Source: Planctomycetota bacterium
GTDB taxonomy: Bacteria > Planctomycetota > PLA2 > JAEUHO01
DNA length: 64,000 nt
Direction of reading: 5' to 3'
Assembly (NCBI GenBank): GCA_965222115.1
Contig: CBDCTJ010000007.1
Coordinates: forward strand, 448,001-512,000
The notes below the pieces were generated by a model that did no database searches, was not told the origin of the DNA, and saw only the letters and a list, made by a program, of their open reading frames with translations. The translations under genes were made by a program, and so were the position numbers. Every line of letters begins with the position of its first letter. The stretch's first letter is position 1. Positions 1-10,300 of the stretch are shown here, in pieces.

Positions 1-2151
1 ACAGCCAATGAGCCGTTGGATTACACACTTGCTGCCAATGAGGCCTACCTGGATGCCGATTTCGGTTACCGTCACACCGGCTCCATCGGTGACTTTGTGT
101 GGAACGACCTCAACGGTGACGGCGTGCAGGATGCGGGCGAACCCGCACTGGGTGGCGTAACACTCACGTTGATTGAAGCCGGTGCGGATGGCACGCTCGG
201 TACGGCTGACGATGTTGCCTTCGGCAACCAGACAACCGATGCTGCCGGCACCTACGACTTTGTGAATCTTCCGGCCGGACTCTACAACGTGACCGTGGAC
301 ACCAACACGGTGCCTGCCGGCTTCACGCTCACCACGCCGCCCAATCCCGCGTCCGTGACGTTGAATGCAGGAGAGGACCACAACGATGCCGACTTCGGTT
401 TCCTTGAAGCGGCGTCCATTGGCGACACGGTATTCATCGATCGCAATGGCGACGGGGTGCAGGATGCGGTTGACATCGGTATTGCCGGTGTGGACGTCAT
501 GCTTTGTACGCCCGGTCCTGATGCGCTGTGCGACACGACCGATGACGTCGTGATTGAGACACAGACGACAGGTGCCGCGGGCGACTACAACTTCATTGGG
601 CTGGCGCCCGATACGTATTGCGTCAAGGTGGATGACACGACGTTGCCGCCCGGCGTTGAACTCACGACAAGCAACGATCCTACTTCCGTAACGCTTTCCA
701 CGGGCGAGACACGTGACGACGTGGACTTTGGCTACCGCGACACCGGACGCATTAGCGACAAGGTGTTCAATGACCGCGATCAAGACGGCACGGTAGACGC
801 TGGCGAAAATGGCTGGCCGAATGTGACCGTGGAACTCGTGGATGCCGGACCCGATGGTGTGTGTGGCACAGCCGACGACATCGCAGCGGGCACCGCGACG
901 ACCGACGCGCAAGGATGCTACGAGTTCGTCAATCTCCCGGGTGGCACCTACTGCGTAACGGTGGATGAGACCACGCTTCCGCCCGGCCTGATTCTCACGA
1001 CGCCACCCGGCACCTTTACGGTGCCGCTTGCGCCCGGCGAGGACAATCCCAACATTGACTTTGGGTATCGCAGTCCTGGCAGCATCGGTGACTTCGTCTT
1101 TGAAGACACCAATGCCAATGGGACGTTTGACGTCGGCGAAACGCCACTGCCCAATGTGACAATCAATCTGATCGAAGCGGGGCCGGACGGCATGCTGGGT
1201 ACCGCCGATGACATCACGTTTCCGCCCGTCACAACGGACGCGAACGGGAACTATAGCTTCCCCGGACTCACGCCTGGTTTCTACCGCGTTTCTGTGGACG
1301 AAACCACCGTGCCGACGGACTACGTCAACACGACCGCCAACAATCCGCTCGACATCATGTTGGCCGATGGTGAAGCATACGTGGATGCCGACTTTGGCTA
1401 CACCTTGCAGCTCTTCTCCATTGGCGACACGGTGTTTGTGGATAGCGACCGTGACGGTGTGTACGAACCGGAAGTGGGTGAAGCGCCCATCGCAGGAGTA
1501 CTGGTCCGCTTGCTCGATGCCAATGGCAACGAAGTCGCGCAACAGACGACGGATGCCGACGGCATCTATCTGTTCCAAGTACCACGCGGTGAGTACACCG
1601 TGTTGATCGACGACGCCAATTACCAAGTCGGCGGGCCGCTTGAGCCCTACGACTACACGGGGCCATTCCCCGATGATCAGAACACCGAAACTGTGGACAG
1701 CGATCTGCGTGGCGTGAACTTTGGCTTCGCCCCGCTCACGCCGCCTGGAAGCATTCAGTTCTGTAGCTGGTGGTTGCGCAACACGAACAGTTGGCCGCTC
1801 AATCAGATCCTCGTTGGCGATCAGACGTTGACGCAAGCAGAAGCGATTCAGGTCCTGGACCATGGCAACCGCTTGCTTGAGAGCACGCACTCCATCGCGC
1901 GTGCGGGTCTCGCCGCAACGATCGACATGAGCTACGTGATGGGCTGGGCGCTGATTGGTGCCAAGCTCAACGTGGGTGCTGGTAATGGCAGTGCCGGTAT
2001 CGAAGATGTGATTCGGGCAGGGGATCAGTGGTTGATTGGTGCCGGTGGCATTGGTTCGGGACTCACGCGAAGCGATTCGCGCTACGCGACGGGCCTCCAA
2101 ATCTTCAACCAGCTCAACGACTTCAACAACGGCGTGACCTCGGGCAACTAA
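1..2151 (+). CDS. SdrD B-like repeat surface/secreted protein, 5'-truncated by window edge
   Basis: Frame 1 is open from base 1. About five ~110-aa repeats of type SIGDxVxxDxNxDGxxDxGE...TTDxxGxYxFxxL...DFG, then a distinct C-terminal domain. Confidence 0.85.
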   Translation, partial: TANEPLDYTLAANEAYLDADFGYRHTGSIGDFVWNDLNGDGVQDAGEPALGGVTLTLIEAGADGTLGTADDVAFGNQTTDAAGTYDFVNLPAGLYNVTVDTNTVPAGFTLTTPPNPASVTLNAGEDHNDADFGFLEAASIGDTVFIDRNGDGVQDAVDIGIAGVDVMLCTPGPDALCDTTDDVVIETQTTGAAGDYNFIGLAPDTYCVKVDDTTLPPGVELTTSNDPTSVTLSTGETRDDVDFGYRDTGRISDKVFNDRDQDGTVDAGENGWPNVTVELVDAGPDGVCGTADDIAAGTATTDAQGCYEFVNLPGGTYCVTVDETTLPPGLILTTPPGTFTVPLAPGEDNPNIDFGYRSPGSIGDFVFEDTNANGTFDVGETPLPNVTINLIEAGPDGMLGTADDITFPPVTTDANGNYSFPGLTPGFYRVSVDETTVPTDYVNTTANNPLDIMLADGEAYVDADFGYTLQLFSIGDTVFVDSDRDGVYEPEVGEAPIAGVLVRLLDANGNEVAQQTTDADGIYLFQVPRGEYTVLIDDANYQVGGPLEPYDYTGPFPDDQNTETVDSDLRGVNFGFAPLTPPGSIQFCSWWLRNTNSWPLNQILVGDQTLTQAEAIQVLDHGNRLLESTHSIARAGLAATIDMSYVMGWALIGAKLNVGAGNGSAGIEDVIRAGDQWLIGAGGIGSGLTRSDSRYATGLQIFNQLNDFNNGVTSGN

Positions 2152-2187
2152 CCGACGCCGGCTTTCGTCGGGGCTACACTTCCATGA

Positions 2188-4014
2188 GTGAGCCCCGGCG
2201 GATACCACCATCAATATGTACGCGTTGACCTGAGCCGTGCGCGCAGCACAACGGTCCCTATGCCCAATGACGCGTTGCGCGAAACGATTGGCGGCGTCGG
2301 CCTTGGCGTTCAACTGCTTTTGCGCGAGTCACCCGCAGGCATAGATCCACTCGCGCCCGATGCTTCGCTCGTCATCGCACTTTCGCCGCTCGTAGGCACG
2401 CCACTTACCACGAGCGCCAAGTTCGCGGTGGTTGCGAAGTCGCCCTTGACGTCACGCATTTCCGATGCCTTAGCTAGCGATCGCTTCGCCATGGAACTCA
2501 AATACGCCGGGATGGACGCGCTGGTCATCACCGGTGCCGCACCCTCGTGGTCGCTGTTGATCATCGACGATGACAAGGTGTCGCTAAAGCCGGCGCCCCA
2601 CCTTGTTGGTTTGTCGTCCGATGAGACGGAAACAAAGGTGCGCGCTGAGTGGGGCGACGCGTTTCGATTCTTCGGCATTGGACCCGCGGGCGAACATCTC
2701 GTGCGCTACGCCACCATCTCCGGCGATGGGCGTCATGCCGGACGCGGCGGGCTGGGCGCCGTGCTGGGCGCAAAGAAGCTAAAGGGAATCGCGGTTCGCG
2801 GAACTTCGCCTGCAGCGTTGCATGACAGGGACCGGGTGCTTGCACTTGCAAAGGATCTCTCGGAACGATCGATGGGCGCGGCCACGCGCAAGTATCGCGA
2901 ACTCGGCACGGTTGCCAATGTCTTGGTCATGAATCGCATGGGATCCCTCCCAACGCGAAACTTTCAACGCGGCTCCTTTGACGGCGCCGATGCGATTTCT
3001 GGCGAAGCCTTTCATCAAACTAAGGGTCGCGTACGCGCACACTGCGCGGCATGCACCATTGGTTGCGAACATCTATTCAAATCTAAGGATGGTCGCTCGG
3101 TTCGACTGGAGTATGAAGGTATCTTTGCCCTCGGACCGCTGCTTGGCATCAGCGATCGCGAAACCGTGTTGCTAGCCGCGCGCACGTGTGACGATCTCGG
3201 TTTGGATGTGATCTCCGCCGGCGGGACGATCGCCTTCGCCATGGAGTGTCGCGAACGTGGATTGCTGCCCGATGCTCCTGCGTTTGGTGATCGCGACGGC
3301 GCGTTGGCTTTACTGCAAGCCATAGGCACGCGAAGCGGCGCACTTGGGGATCTCTTAGCCAACGGCTCGCGCAGTGCAGCGAAGATCATCGGTAAGGGCA
3401 GCGAACGTTTTGCGTGTCACGTGAAGGGAATGGAACTCCCGGGCTACGAACCACGCGCATTGCAGTCCATGGCGCTCGGCTTGGCCGTGGGCGCACGCGG
3501 CGCCGATCACAACCGATCCGGAGCCTACGAAGAGGACTTTCGCGCGGGCGGCAAGCGACTGGTTGCCACGGTAGACAAAGGGCCCGCGGCGGCACGCAGC
3601 GAAGATCGCGCTGCACTCATCGACAGTATGATTCTGTGCAAGTTCTTGCGCGGCGTCTTTGATGATCTTCCCGCCGAGTGTGCCACGATGCTCGCGGCCG
3701 TCACGGGCTGGGACGTTACTGCCGACGAACTTGTACGCACAGCTCAACGCGTCGTCACGCTCAAGAAGCTCTTCAATCTGCGTGAGGGATGGACGCAGGC
3801 CGAAGATACGTTGCCGGCGCGTTTTCTATCCGAGCCCCTTGATTGCGACGGCGACGCCGAGGGCACCACCCTAACCAAGCACGATCTTGATGCGATGATT
3901 GGGAGCTATTACCGCGCACGCGGATGGACGTTGGAAGGCGTGCCCACCAAAGCCTCGTTGCGTGCACTCGACGTTGTGTGGCCAATGCCGTCCACCAAAG
4001 ACAGGCTGGAATAG
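2188..4014 (+). CDS. aor: Aldehyde:ferredoxin oxidoreductase family (W/Mo-pterin)
   Basis: Motifs AKSPLT, GRGGLGAVLGAKKLKGIAV, CAACTIGC, EYE, DDLGLDVIS, VKGMELPGYEPR, GADH, DTLPARF. Confidence 0.9.
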   Translation: MSPGGYHHQYVRVDLSRARSTTVPMPNDALRETIGGVGLGVQLLLRESPAGIDPLAPDASLVIALSPLVGTPLTTSAKFAVVAKSPLTSRISDALASDRFAMELKYAGMDALVITGAAPSWSLLIIDDDKVSLKPAPHLVGLSSDETETKVRAEWGDAFRFFGIGPAGEHLVRYATISGDGRHAGRGGLGAVLGAKKLKGIAVRGTSPAALHDRDRVLALAKDLSERSMGAATRKYRELGTVANVLVMNRMGSLPTRNFQRGSFDGADAISGEAFHQTKGRVRAHCAACTIGCEHLFKSKDGRSVRLEYEGIFALGPLLGISDRETVLLAARTCDDLGLDVISAGGTIAFAMECRERGLLPDAPAFGDRDGALALLQAIGTRSGALGDLLANGSRSAAKIIGKGSERFACHVKGMELPGYEPRALQSMALGLAVGARGADHNRSGAYEEDFRAGGKRLVATVDKGPAAARSEDRAALIDSMILCKFLRGVFDDLPAECATMLAAVTGWDVTADELVRTAQRVVTLKKLFNLREGWTQAEDTLPARFLSEPLDCDGDAEGTTLTKHDLDAMIGSYYRARGWTLEGVPTKASLRALDVVWPMPSTKDRLE

Positions 4015-4074
4015 TGCGCACCAGCGTATGCGGGTAAACTTGTGGGCTCACTTCGACCACCGAGGAACGCGTGC

Positions 4075-6894
4075 ATGACCCCTCCGCCCACCACGACTGA
4101 GACGGCCACCGTAACGCTCTCCATCAATGGCACGCCCGTTACGGTTCCCGAAGGAACAGCACTTTGGGATGCGGCTAAGGCGCAGGGCATCGACATCCCC
4201 GTGCTGTGCCACGACGAAACACTTAATCCGGTGGGCGTTTGTCGCATGTGTGTGGTGGAAGTGGAAGGCGCCCGCACGCTCCAAGCCTCGTGCGTGCGGC
4301 AGTGCGAAGAGGGCATGGTTGTAAAAACCCACAGCCCCGTGGTGGAACGCAATCGCAAAATGTTGACCGAACTCTTGATGTCGGATCAGCCCGCGGAAAG
4401 CACCCGCGACGCACAGATGGGAAACGACGAGCTCTTTGCGCTCGCCAAGGGCTACAAGGTGGATGGCTCGCGCTTCCCCGGCACGAACGGCCGCCCGCAA
4501 GACGACTCATCACCGGTGATCGCCGTCGATCACCAAGCGTGCATTCTCTGTGACCGCTGCATTCGCGCGTGTGACGACATTCAGAGCAATATGGTGATCG
4601 GTCGCACCGGCAAGGGCAACAGCACGCGCATTGGCTTCGATCTCGATGGCGCCATGGGCCAATCCACGTGTGTTGAGTGCGGCGAGTGCGTGAGTGCGTG
4701 TCCAACCAGCGCGCTCACCAACAAGGCTGTAACCGAACCCATCAACGCGTCCACGTCACTGAAGACGGTCGAGTCGGCGTGCCCCTACTGCGGCGTAGGC
4801 TGCGCCATTGCGTATCACGTAAACGAAGAAGAAAACCGCGTTGTCTACGCCGAAGGGCGTGAGGACACGGCCAATGAGTCGCGATTATGTGTGAAGGGGC
4901 GTTACGGATTTGACTATCCCAACCACCCCCACCGCTTAACCAGACCATTGATTCGCAAAGATTCGCACTACCCCAAGCGCGTGCTAACGGAACACATGGC
5001 TGGCAAGGGCGATGGCAAGCGACACAAACGCGTGTACGAAGACTACGACAAGGCACTAGGAGCATTTCGCGAGGCCACGTGGGACGAAGCACTCGACCTC
5101 GTCGCCAAGAAACTAAGGGGTATCAAGGAAACACACGGTCCGGGCGCGCTCGCGGGATTTGGCAGCGCCAAGTGCAGCAACGAAGAGGCCTACCTCTTTC
5201 AAAAGATGATCCGCGCCGTATTCGGAACCAACAATGTGGACCACTGCACCCGTCTTTGCCATGCATCCAGTGTGGCCGCGCTGCTTGAAACCATCGGATC
5301 AGGCGCTGTAACCACCGTGTATAGCGACGTGCGGAACTCCGATGTGGCCATCATTACCGGTAGCAACGCCACCTCCAACCATCCGGTCGCGGCCACATTC
5401 ATGAAGGAAGCGGCGCGCAACGGCACCAAGTTGATCATTATCAATCCGCATCGCCCCGAATTGGCCGACCACGCCTACGCCTATGTGCGCCTCAAGAGCG
5501 GCGCCGACGTCACGTTTTACAACAGCCTCATGCACGTGATTCTTGAAGAGGGACTGGAAGACACCGACTACATCAAGAACCACACCGAGAACTTCGACGC
5601 CCTGAAAGAGGTACTGGCACGCTACGCCCCCGAAGTTGCCGCGCCCGTATGTGGTGTGTCGGCCGATGAGATACGACACCTCGCTCGTGTGATTGGCAGC
5701 GCCAAGGCGTTGCTCGTGTTCTGGGGCATGGGCATCTCACAACACGTCCACGGAACCGACAACGCGCGTTCGCTCATTTCGCTGTGTCTCATGACCGGCA
5801 ACGTAGGCCGTCCGGGTACGGGTCTACATCCCCTTCGCGGTCAAAACAACGTGCAAGGCGCAAGCGACGCGGGACTTATCCCGATGGTCTTTCCCGACTA
5901 CAAGTCGGTGGCCGACGACGCCCATCGCGCGCGTTACGAGAAAGCGTGGGACGTGTCGCTCGATCCCAAGCCCGGGCTCACCGTGGTTGAAATCGCCCAT
6001 GCGGCCGCTGCTGGCACGCTCAAGGGCATGTACATCATGGGCGAAAACCCATTCCTCTCCGATCCCAACGTGGCACACGTGCGCGACGCATTCTGCGACC
6101 TCGACTTCTTGGTCGTGCAAGACATCTTCTTGACCGAAACCGCGGAAGCCGCCGATGTGATCCTTCCGGCCACGACCTACTTTGAGAAAACCGGCACCTA
6201 CACCAACACCGACCGCCGCGTACAACTAGGGCAAACGGCACTCAACCCCCCCGGCGAAGCGCGCCTTGATTGGCAGATCCTCTGCGACGTCATGACGCGT
6301 ATGGGTTATCCGCAGAACTACACGTCTATTGAAGACGTGTTTGTAGAGTTCTCCGACATGACCGATAGCTACAAGGGCTTGCGCTATAAGCACCTCCACG
6401 GCCGCGGCAAGCTCTGGCCCTGCCCCGATCCCGACAACAGCGAAGGCACCGTGGTACTTTTTGGCGATGGCTTCCCCACGCCGTCGGGACGCGGCAAGTT
6501 CTCACCCGCGGAGACCGTTCCTCCCGCCGAGCTGCCGAGCGAAGACTTCCCCTATGTCTTGAATACGGGTCGAACACTTCAACACTGGCACACCGGCTCC
6601 ATGACGCGTCGCGCCAAGGTGCTCGACACCATTAACCCCGAAGCGTTCTGCGAAGTTCATCCCGATGATCTCAAGGCACTTGGCCTTGACGATGGCGCCA
6701 TGATCAAACTCACCACCCGCCGCAACACCATCACGATTCGCGCCCGCGCCAGCACCAAGACATCGCGCGGCACCGTCTTTGTTCCCTTCCATTACCGCGA
6801 AGCCGCCGCCAACCTCCTCACCACCGACCAACTCGATCCCGATGGCAAGATTCCATCGTTCAAGTTTGCGGCGGTTCGTGTTGAGAAGGCATAG
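4075..6894 (+). CDS. fdhF: Formate dehydrogenase alpha subunit (2Fe-2S + 4Fe-4S + Mo/W-bisPGD), Cys-type
   Basis: N-terminal CRMC 2Fe-2S domain, CILCDRC and CVECGEC ferredoxin motifs, CPYCGVGC, active-site CTRLCHASS, LRGQNNVQG. ATG at 4075 follows GAGG. Confidence 0.9.
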   Translation: MTPPPTTTETATVTLSINGTPVTVPEGTALWDAAKAQGIDIPVLCHDETLNPVGVCRMCVVEVEGARTLQASCVRQCEEGMVVKTHSPVVERNRKMLTELLMSDQPAESTRDAQMGNDELFALAKGYKVDGSRFPGTNGRPQDDSSPVIAVDHQACILCDRCIRACDDIQSNMVIGRTGKGNSTRIGFDLDGAMGQSTCVECGECVSACPTSALTNKAVTEPINASTSLKTVESACPYCGVGCAIAYHVNEEENRVVYAEGREDTANESRLCVKGRYGFDYPNHPHRLTRPLIRKDSHYPKRVLTEHMAGKGDGKRHKRVYEDYDKALGAFREATWDEALDLVAKKLRGIKETHGPGALAGFGSAKCSNEEAYLFQKMIRAVFGTNNVDHCTRLCHASSVAALLETIGSGAVTTVYSDVRNSDVAIITGSNATSNHPVAATFMKEAARNGTKLIIINPHRPELADHAYAYVRLKSGADVTFYNSLMHVILEEGLEDTDYIKNHTENFDALKEVLARYAPEVAAPVCGVSADEIRHLARVIGSAKALLVFWGMGISQHVHGTDNARSLISLCLMTGNVGRPGTGLHPLRGQNNVQGASDAGLIPMVFPDYKSVADDAHRARYEKAWDVSLDPKPGLTVVEIAHAAAAGTLKGMYIMGENPFLSDPNVAHVRDAFCDLDFLVVQDIFLTETAEAADVILPATTYFEKTGTYTNTDRRVQLGQTALNPPGEARLDWQILCDVMTRMGYPQNYTSIEDVFVEFSDMTDSYKGLRYKHLHGRGKLWPCPDPDNSEGTVVLFGDGFPTPSGRGKFSPAETVPPAELPSEDFPYVLNTGRTLQHWHTGSMTRRAKVLDTINPEAFCEVHPDDLKALGLDDGAMIKLTTRRNTITIRARASTKTSRGTVFVPFHYREAAANLLTTDQLDPDGKIPSFKFAAVRVEKA

Positions 6895-6899
6895 CGCAC
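6824..6899 (+). repeat. 76-bp direct repeat copy 1 (fdhF 3' end, stop codon and 5 bp)
   Basis: CCGACCAACTCGATCCC...GAGAAGGCATAGCGCAC matches 7595-7670 with 3 mismatches. Confidence 0.95.
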
Positions 6900-6926
6900 G
6901 CGATGCGCTCAGTAGCACCCCACACG

Positions 6927-6976
6927 TCCAATATTGGAGTTCTGGCGACAGGCTAGTGCATACCATATTATGGTAT
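6927..6976. promoter_or_regulatory. Palindromic operators upstream of parDE (probable autoregulation)
   Basis: Perfect palindrome TCCAATATTGGA (6927-6938) and ATACCATA-T-TATGGTAT (6960-6976). Operator role is inferred from RHH antitoxin biology. Confidence 0.55.
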
Positions 6977-7007
6977 CGTACTCTCGCAACCAGTCGGAGC
7001 GCTCTCA

Positions 7008-7283
7008 ATGGGCAAGAATACGTCCTTCATACTCGGCGATCACTTTGACGCCTTCGTCGCCGAGCGCGTCGCATCGGGGCGCTATGCAAACGCCACCGAT
7101 GTGATTCGTTCGAGCCTACGCTTGCTCGAAGAACACGAACGACGTATTGAGGCGTTGCGGCTTGCATTGGAAGAGGGAGAAGCAAGCGGCGTGGCTGGTG
7201 AGCTGGATATGGAGGCAATCAAGCGACGTGCGCGAGGCGAACAGTCGTCGCTTGAACATGAATCGGATGCTACGACTCGTTGA
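7008..7283 (+). CDS. parD: ParD family RHH antitoxin
   Basis: KNTSFILGDHFDAFV...SGRYANATDVIRSSLRLLEE...LEEGEASG; overlaps the toxin start. Confidence 0.9.
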   Translation: MGKNTSFILGDHFDAFVAERVASGRYANATDVIRSSLRLLEEHERRIEALRLALEEGEASGVAGELDMEAIKRRARGEQSSLEHESDATTR

Positions 7284-7573
7284 CGCGCCGATTGCTCATA
7301 AGTCATCGTGCGGAGGATGATCTCCGCGCCATATGGCGCTATAGCTTCCGAAATTGGGGCGAAGCGCAAGCGGACCGCTACCTCGATGGCATCGATGCTG
7401 AGCTTCGAATGTGCGTACAGTTCCCTGAACGTGGAACATCTCGCTCTACGCTGAGAGAGAATTTTTGGTCTTGGAAGGCACATAAGCACGTTGTCTTCTA
7501 TACATTTTCAGAAGAGTCCGTGGCCATCCAACGAGTGCTTCATGGGAGCATGGACCCTGCTCGACATCTTTAG
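7280..7573 (+). CDS. parE: RelE/ParE family toxin
   Basis: AEDDLRAIWRYSFRNWGEAQADRYL...HVVFY...IQRVLHGSMD; 4-bp overlap with the antitoxin. Confidence 0.9.
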   Translation: MTRRLLISHRAEDDLRAIWRYSFRNWGEAQADRYLDGIDAELRMCVQFPERGTSRSTLRENFWSWKAHKHVVFYTFSEESVAIQRVLHGSMDPARHL

Positions 7574-7594
7574 CCCAGACAACTCGTTACGCAC

Positions 7595-7670
7595 CCGACC
7601 AGCTCGATCCCGATGGCAAGATTCCGTCGTTCAAGTTTTCGGCGGTTCGTGTTGAGAAGGCATAGCGCAC
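7595..7670 (+). repeat. 76-bp direct repeat copy 2 (duplicated fdhF 3' end)
   Basis: 73/76 identical to 6824-6899; not part of an intact ORF. Confidence 0.95.
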
Positions 7671-7799
7671 CGGACGATCTGCCTTCATAGTTCCTCGTTT
7701 GACCACGCCCCGCCAGCAGATCCCCTAGGCAGCGCATAAATCATCCAATTCAATGCCCGAACGTGGTGTTGAGCAAGACTTGTCTTCTACGATGTACTC

Positions 7800-10043
7800 G
7801 TGGGCCGCACTCTCATCACGCTAGGCGCTATCTCCGCCGCGGCGGTATTGATCTTTGTTTCACGATGTGAGTCGCCAAGCCGAGGTCATGACGTCCCCGA
7901 TGTGACGGGACGGCGCTTGGGAACTGTAGCGCTCAATCCACCCACCTCGAAGCATGTCGAACGCGATGTCGAAACCATCAAGACAAATGTAATTGATGCA
8001 GCGCTTTGCAAACGACTCGCTTCCGATGACGAGTTCGCGCAGATCGATGCCTTTTCCGAGATTCAACAGCAAGTACGGACCGGCAAGCTTGGTATCGAAG
8101 CGGTCATTCATCTCTATCTCGACGCGGAAGTCGATGGAACGCCGATTCGGGGGTCCGTACTCGACGCAGCCCTCGCATTGATCAGAGAACGAGAATCCGA
8201 ATCGGCTAAGCACTTGCCCATGATACTTGGATGCGTGATCCATGACGCCGCTGCGCGGCGACTGCGCGCACTTCATATCATCTTGGCATTGCCGCCATTG
8301 GACTCCACGCTCGCGCCCCTCGTCTTGGAGGCTTTGGATCGCCACCCTTTCAACTTCGACGTTTATGCGACCATCGCATACAAATGTGAGAAGTCCCTCG
8401 GCGTACTCGCCCTACCACACATGCTCCGCTGGTTTATGGACACGGCAAAGCCTAACCAACCACGCATACGAGGCTCTACGGATGTCTCGGGAGCGCGTGC
8501 ACCCGACGAGATCTTAGAGCCCATGATTAGGAAGCTCGGAACAGACGCAGTACCGGTATTGCTGGAGTTCTTGTTGGTTCCGCGTCGTTCGTTCTGGAGA
8601 AAGAGACCTTATCTAGATCCGCGTCGCGAATTGGTGTTCATGCTAATGGGCGTTGATCCTCCGCCCGACGATGCGATTGCAACTCTCATTGATCGCGCCG
8701 ACGATCACGTTGTGATTCATGTACTTCGGTACTGCGACTTCATGTTGGATTCACTACCTTCGGGAGACATTTTCTTGGCGATTGAGCGGGCATCGAAAGT
8801 CCGCCCACGCACGGTTCTCAGGCACATACCCGAGGCGCTGAAACCGTTCCCGGAACTTCGCGCACGACTGCTTATGAATTGGCTAGATCACGACGACGCG
8901 CGCGTTCGGCGGGAGACAATGTGCGCGCTACTCCACGAGAAGCCTCGACCGCCTCCTGAAGCAATGGCCTACTTTCGCAAGAGGCTTCAAAGCGGGAGCG
9001 CAGATTCGGTAGACCGCGCTATGTACGCGCTCTATGAAGCAAAGGTGAGCTACCCGGAACTTGTTTCCGATATCATGGAGGCTACGCGCAAGACGGGCGA
9101 GCCCAGCATTTGGGTAGATTTCGTCATTCGTGGCGCAAACGTCGCACTCCTCACGAACTACATACGCGACCCTTCACTAGCTGTGCGCATTGCGACCCAC
9201 GACATTCTGCTGAAGCATGGGCTTGCCGGCTCATCGCAAGAGCGGATCATGCATGATTCACTATATGACACGAACGGACTCATTCGCGTGCGCGCGGCAA
9301 TCCTCCTATCGGGCAAGGGTATTCCCGCCGTTTCAGAGATTCTGGGGAACGCACTTTCACATCTCAATGAAGAGACGTACGTGGAGCTGGCGCCTCGCAT
9401 CGTTCGCTGCCTTGCAAGTGAAGGAGAAGCGGCGCTGCCCTGGGCGGAAGCTCTCGTTCGTGTCTACCATGATCCATTGACAGAATCGACAGCGTTAGCT
9501 CAGCATGCTATCAAGGCGCTTGTGTCAATCATGCAAGGTCGAGGCGATGAGCTTCTTACGTGGCTCGACTCGAGCGGCGAGCGGGCGGAGTTGGCGCTTG
9601 AACTACTCCAGAGAGATGGGTGCGGCATTCCGATTGCCGCAATGATCGACGGCACGAGCAAGAATCAAGCTAGAGCGATGCGCATCAACTGCATGCGACT
9701 GCTGTTCACATACGTGTATCCACATCTCACCAGAGATAATGACTTCCGCGAGGCGGCGAGGCGGCTCGCGGAGCTCGTAAGCGATCCCGACATTCACGTA
9801 GCGAGTCGTGCCGCGGCACACGCAATATCGTCAAAGACGGTTCATGCACCGAATGCCAACGCGGTCTTGAAGGCTGCACTTGCGCACGATGACCCAGAAA
9901 TCACGTATCTCGCGGCGGGGGGTCTGTGTGACGCCGCTTCAAACGACGAGCACTACCGAGCCCTCGAAGCGCATTTCGGTCATCCGCATATAGGGGCGCG
10001 AGGGTTGATACAACATCGAGTACGTGCGTGGAAACTTCGGTAG
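7800..10043 (+). CDS. HEAT-repeat-like protein with N-terminal anchor/signal
   Basis: 747-aa ORF with a hydrophobic N-terminus and recurring LxDxDxxVRxxA-like helical motifs. Confidence 0.6.
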   Translation: MGRTLITLGAISAAAVLIFVSRCESPSRGHDVPDVTGRRLGTVALNPPTSKHVERDVETIKTNVIDAALCKRLASDDEFAQIDAFSEIQQQVRTGKLGIEAVIHLYLDAEVDGTPIRGSVLDAALALIRERESESAKHLPMILGCVIHDAAARRLRALHIILALPPLDSTLAPLVLEALDRHPFNFDVYATIAYKCEKSLGVLALPHMLRWFMDTAKPNQPRIRGSTDVSGARAPDEILEPMIRKLGTDAVPVLLEFLLVPRRSFWRKRPYLDPRRELVFMLMGVDPPPDDAIATLIDRADDHVVIHVLRYCDFMLDSLPSGDIFLAIERASKVRPRTVLRHIPEALKPFPELRARLLMNWLDHDDARVRRETMCALLHEKPRPPPEAMAYFRKRLQSGSADSVDRAMYALYEAKVSYPELVSDIMEATRKTGEPSIWVDFVIRGANVALLTNYIRDPSLAVRIATHDILLKHGLAGSSQERIMHDSLYDTNGLIRVRAAILLSGKGIPAVSEILGNALSHLNEETYVELAPRIVRCLASEGEAALPWAEALVRVYHDPLTESTALAQHAIKALVSIMQGRGDELLTWLDSSGERAELALELLQRDGCGIPIAAMIDGTSKNQARAMRINCMRLLFTYVYPHLTRDNDFREAARRLAELVSDPDIHVASRAAAHAISSKTVHAPNANAVLKAALAHDDPEITYLAAGGLCDAASNDEHYRALEAHFGHPHIGARGLIQHRVRAWKLR

Positions 10044-10079
10044 CCAAGTGGCGACCATCGTGCAGGAAAGGTCACCACC

Positions 10080-10292
10080 ATGAAAACCGGCGACATCCTC
10101 ATTCTCGGTGGCATCGCATTGGTGGTGGCCGGCGTGCTTACGAAGTACGGGCTCATGGGCTGGTTTGGCAACTTGCCGCTCGACTTCAAATCCGAAGGCG
10201 AAAACGTGCGCTTCTATGCGCCCATTGGATCGATGCTTCTAATCAGTGTGGTTGCGTCAATCGTCTTGCGCGTTGTACGGTACTTCTCGTAG
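10080..10292 (+). CDS. DUF2905 family small membrane protein
   Basis: WFGNLPLDFKSEGENVRFYAPIGSMLLISVV signature between two TM helices. Confidence 0.8.
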   Translation: MKTGDILILGGIALVVAGVLTKYGLMGWFGNLPLDFKSEGENVRFYAPIGSMLLISVVASIVLRVVRYFS

Positions 10293-10300
10293 CTCGAGGG

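Noticed and set aside
5240-5270. Selenocysteine recoding in formate dehydrogenase
   Set aside because: The active-site codon is TGC (Cys); there is no in-frame TGA.
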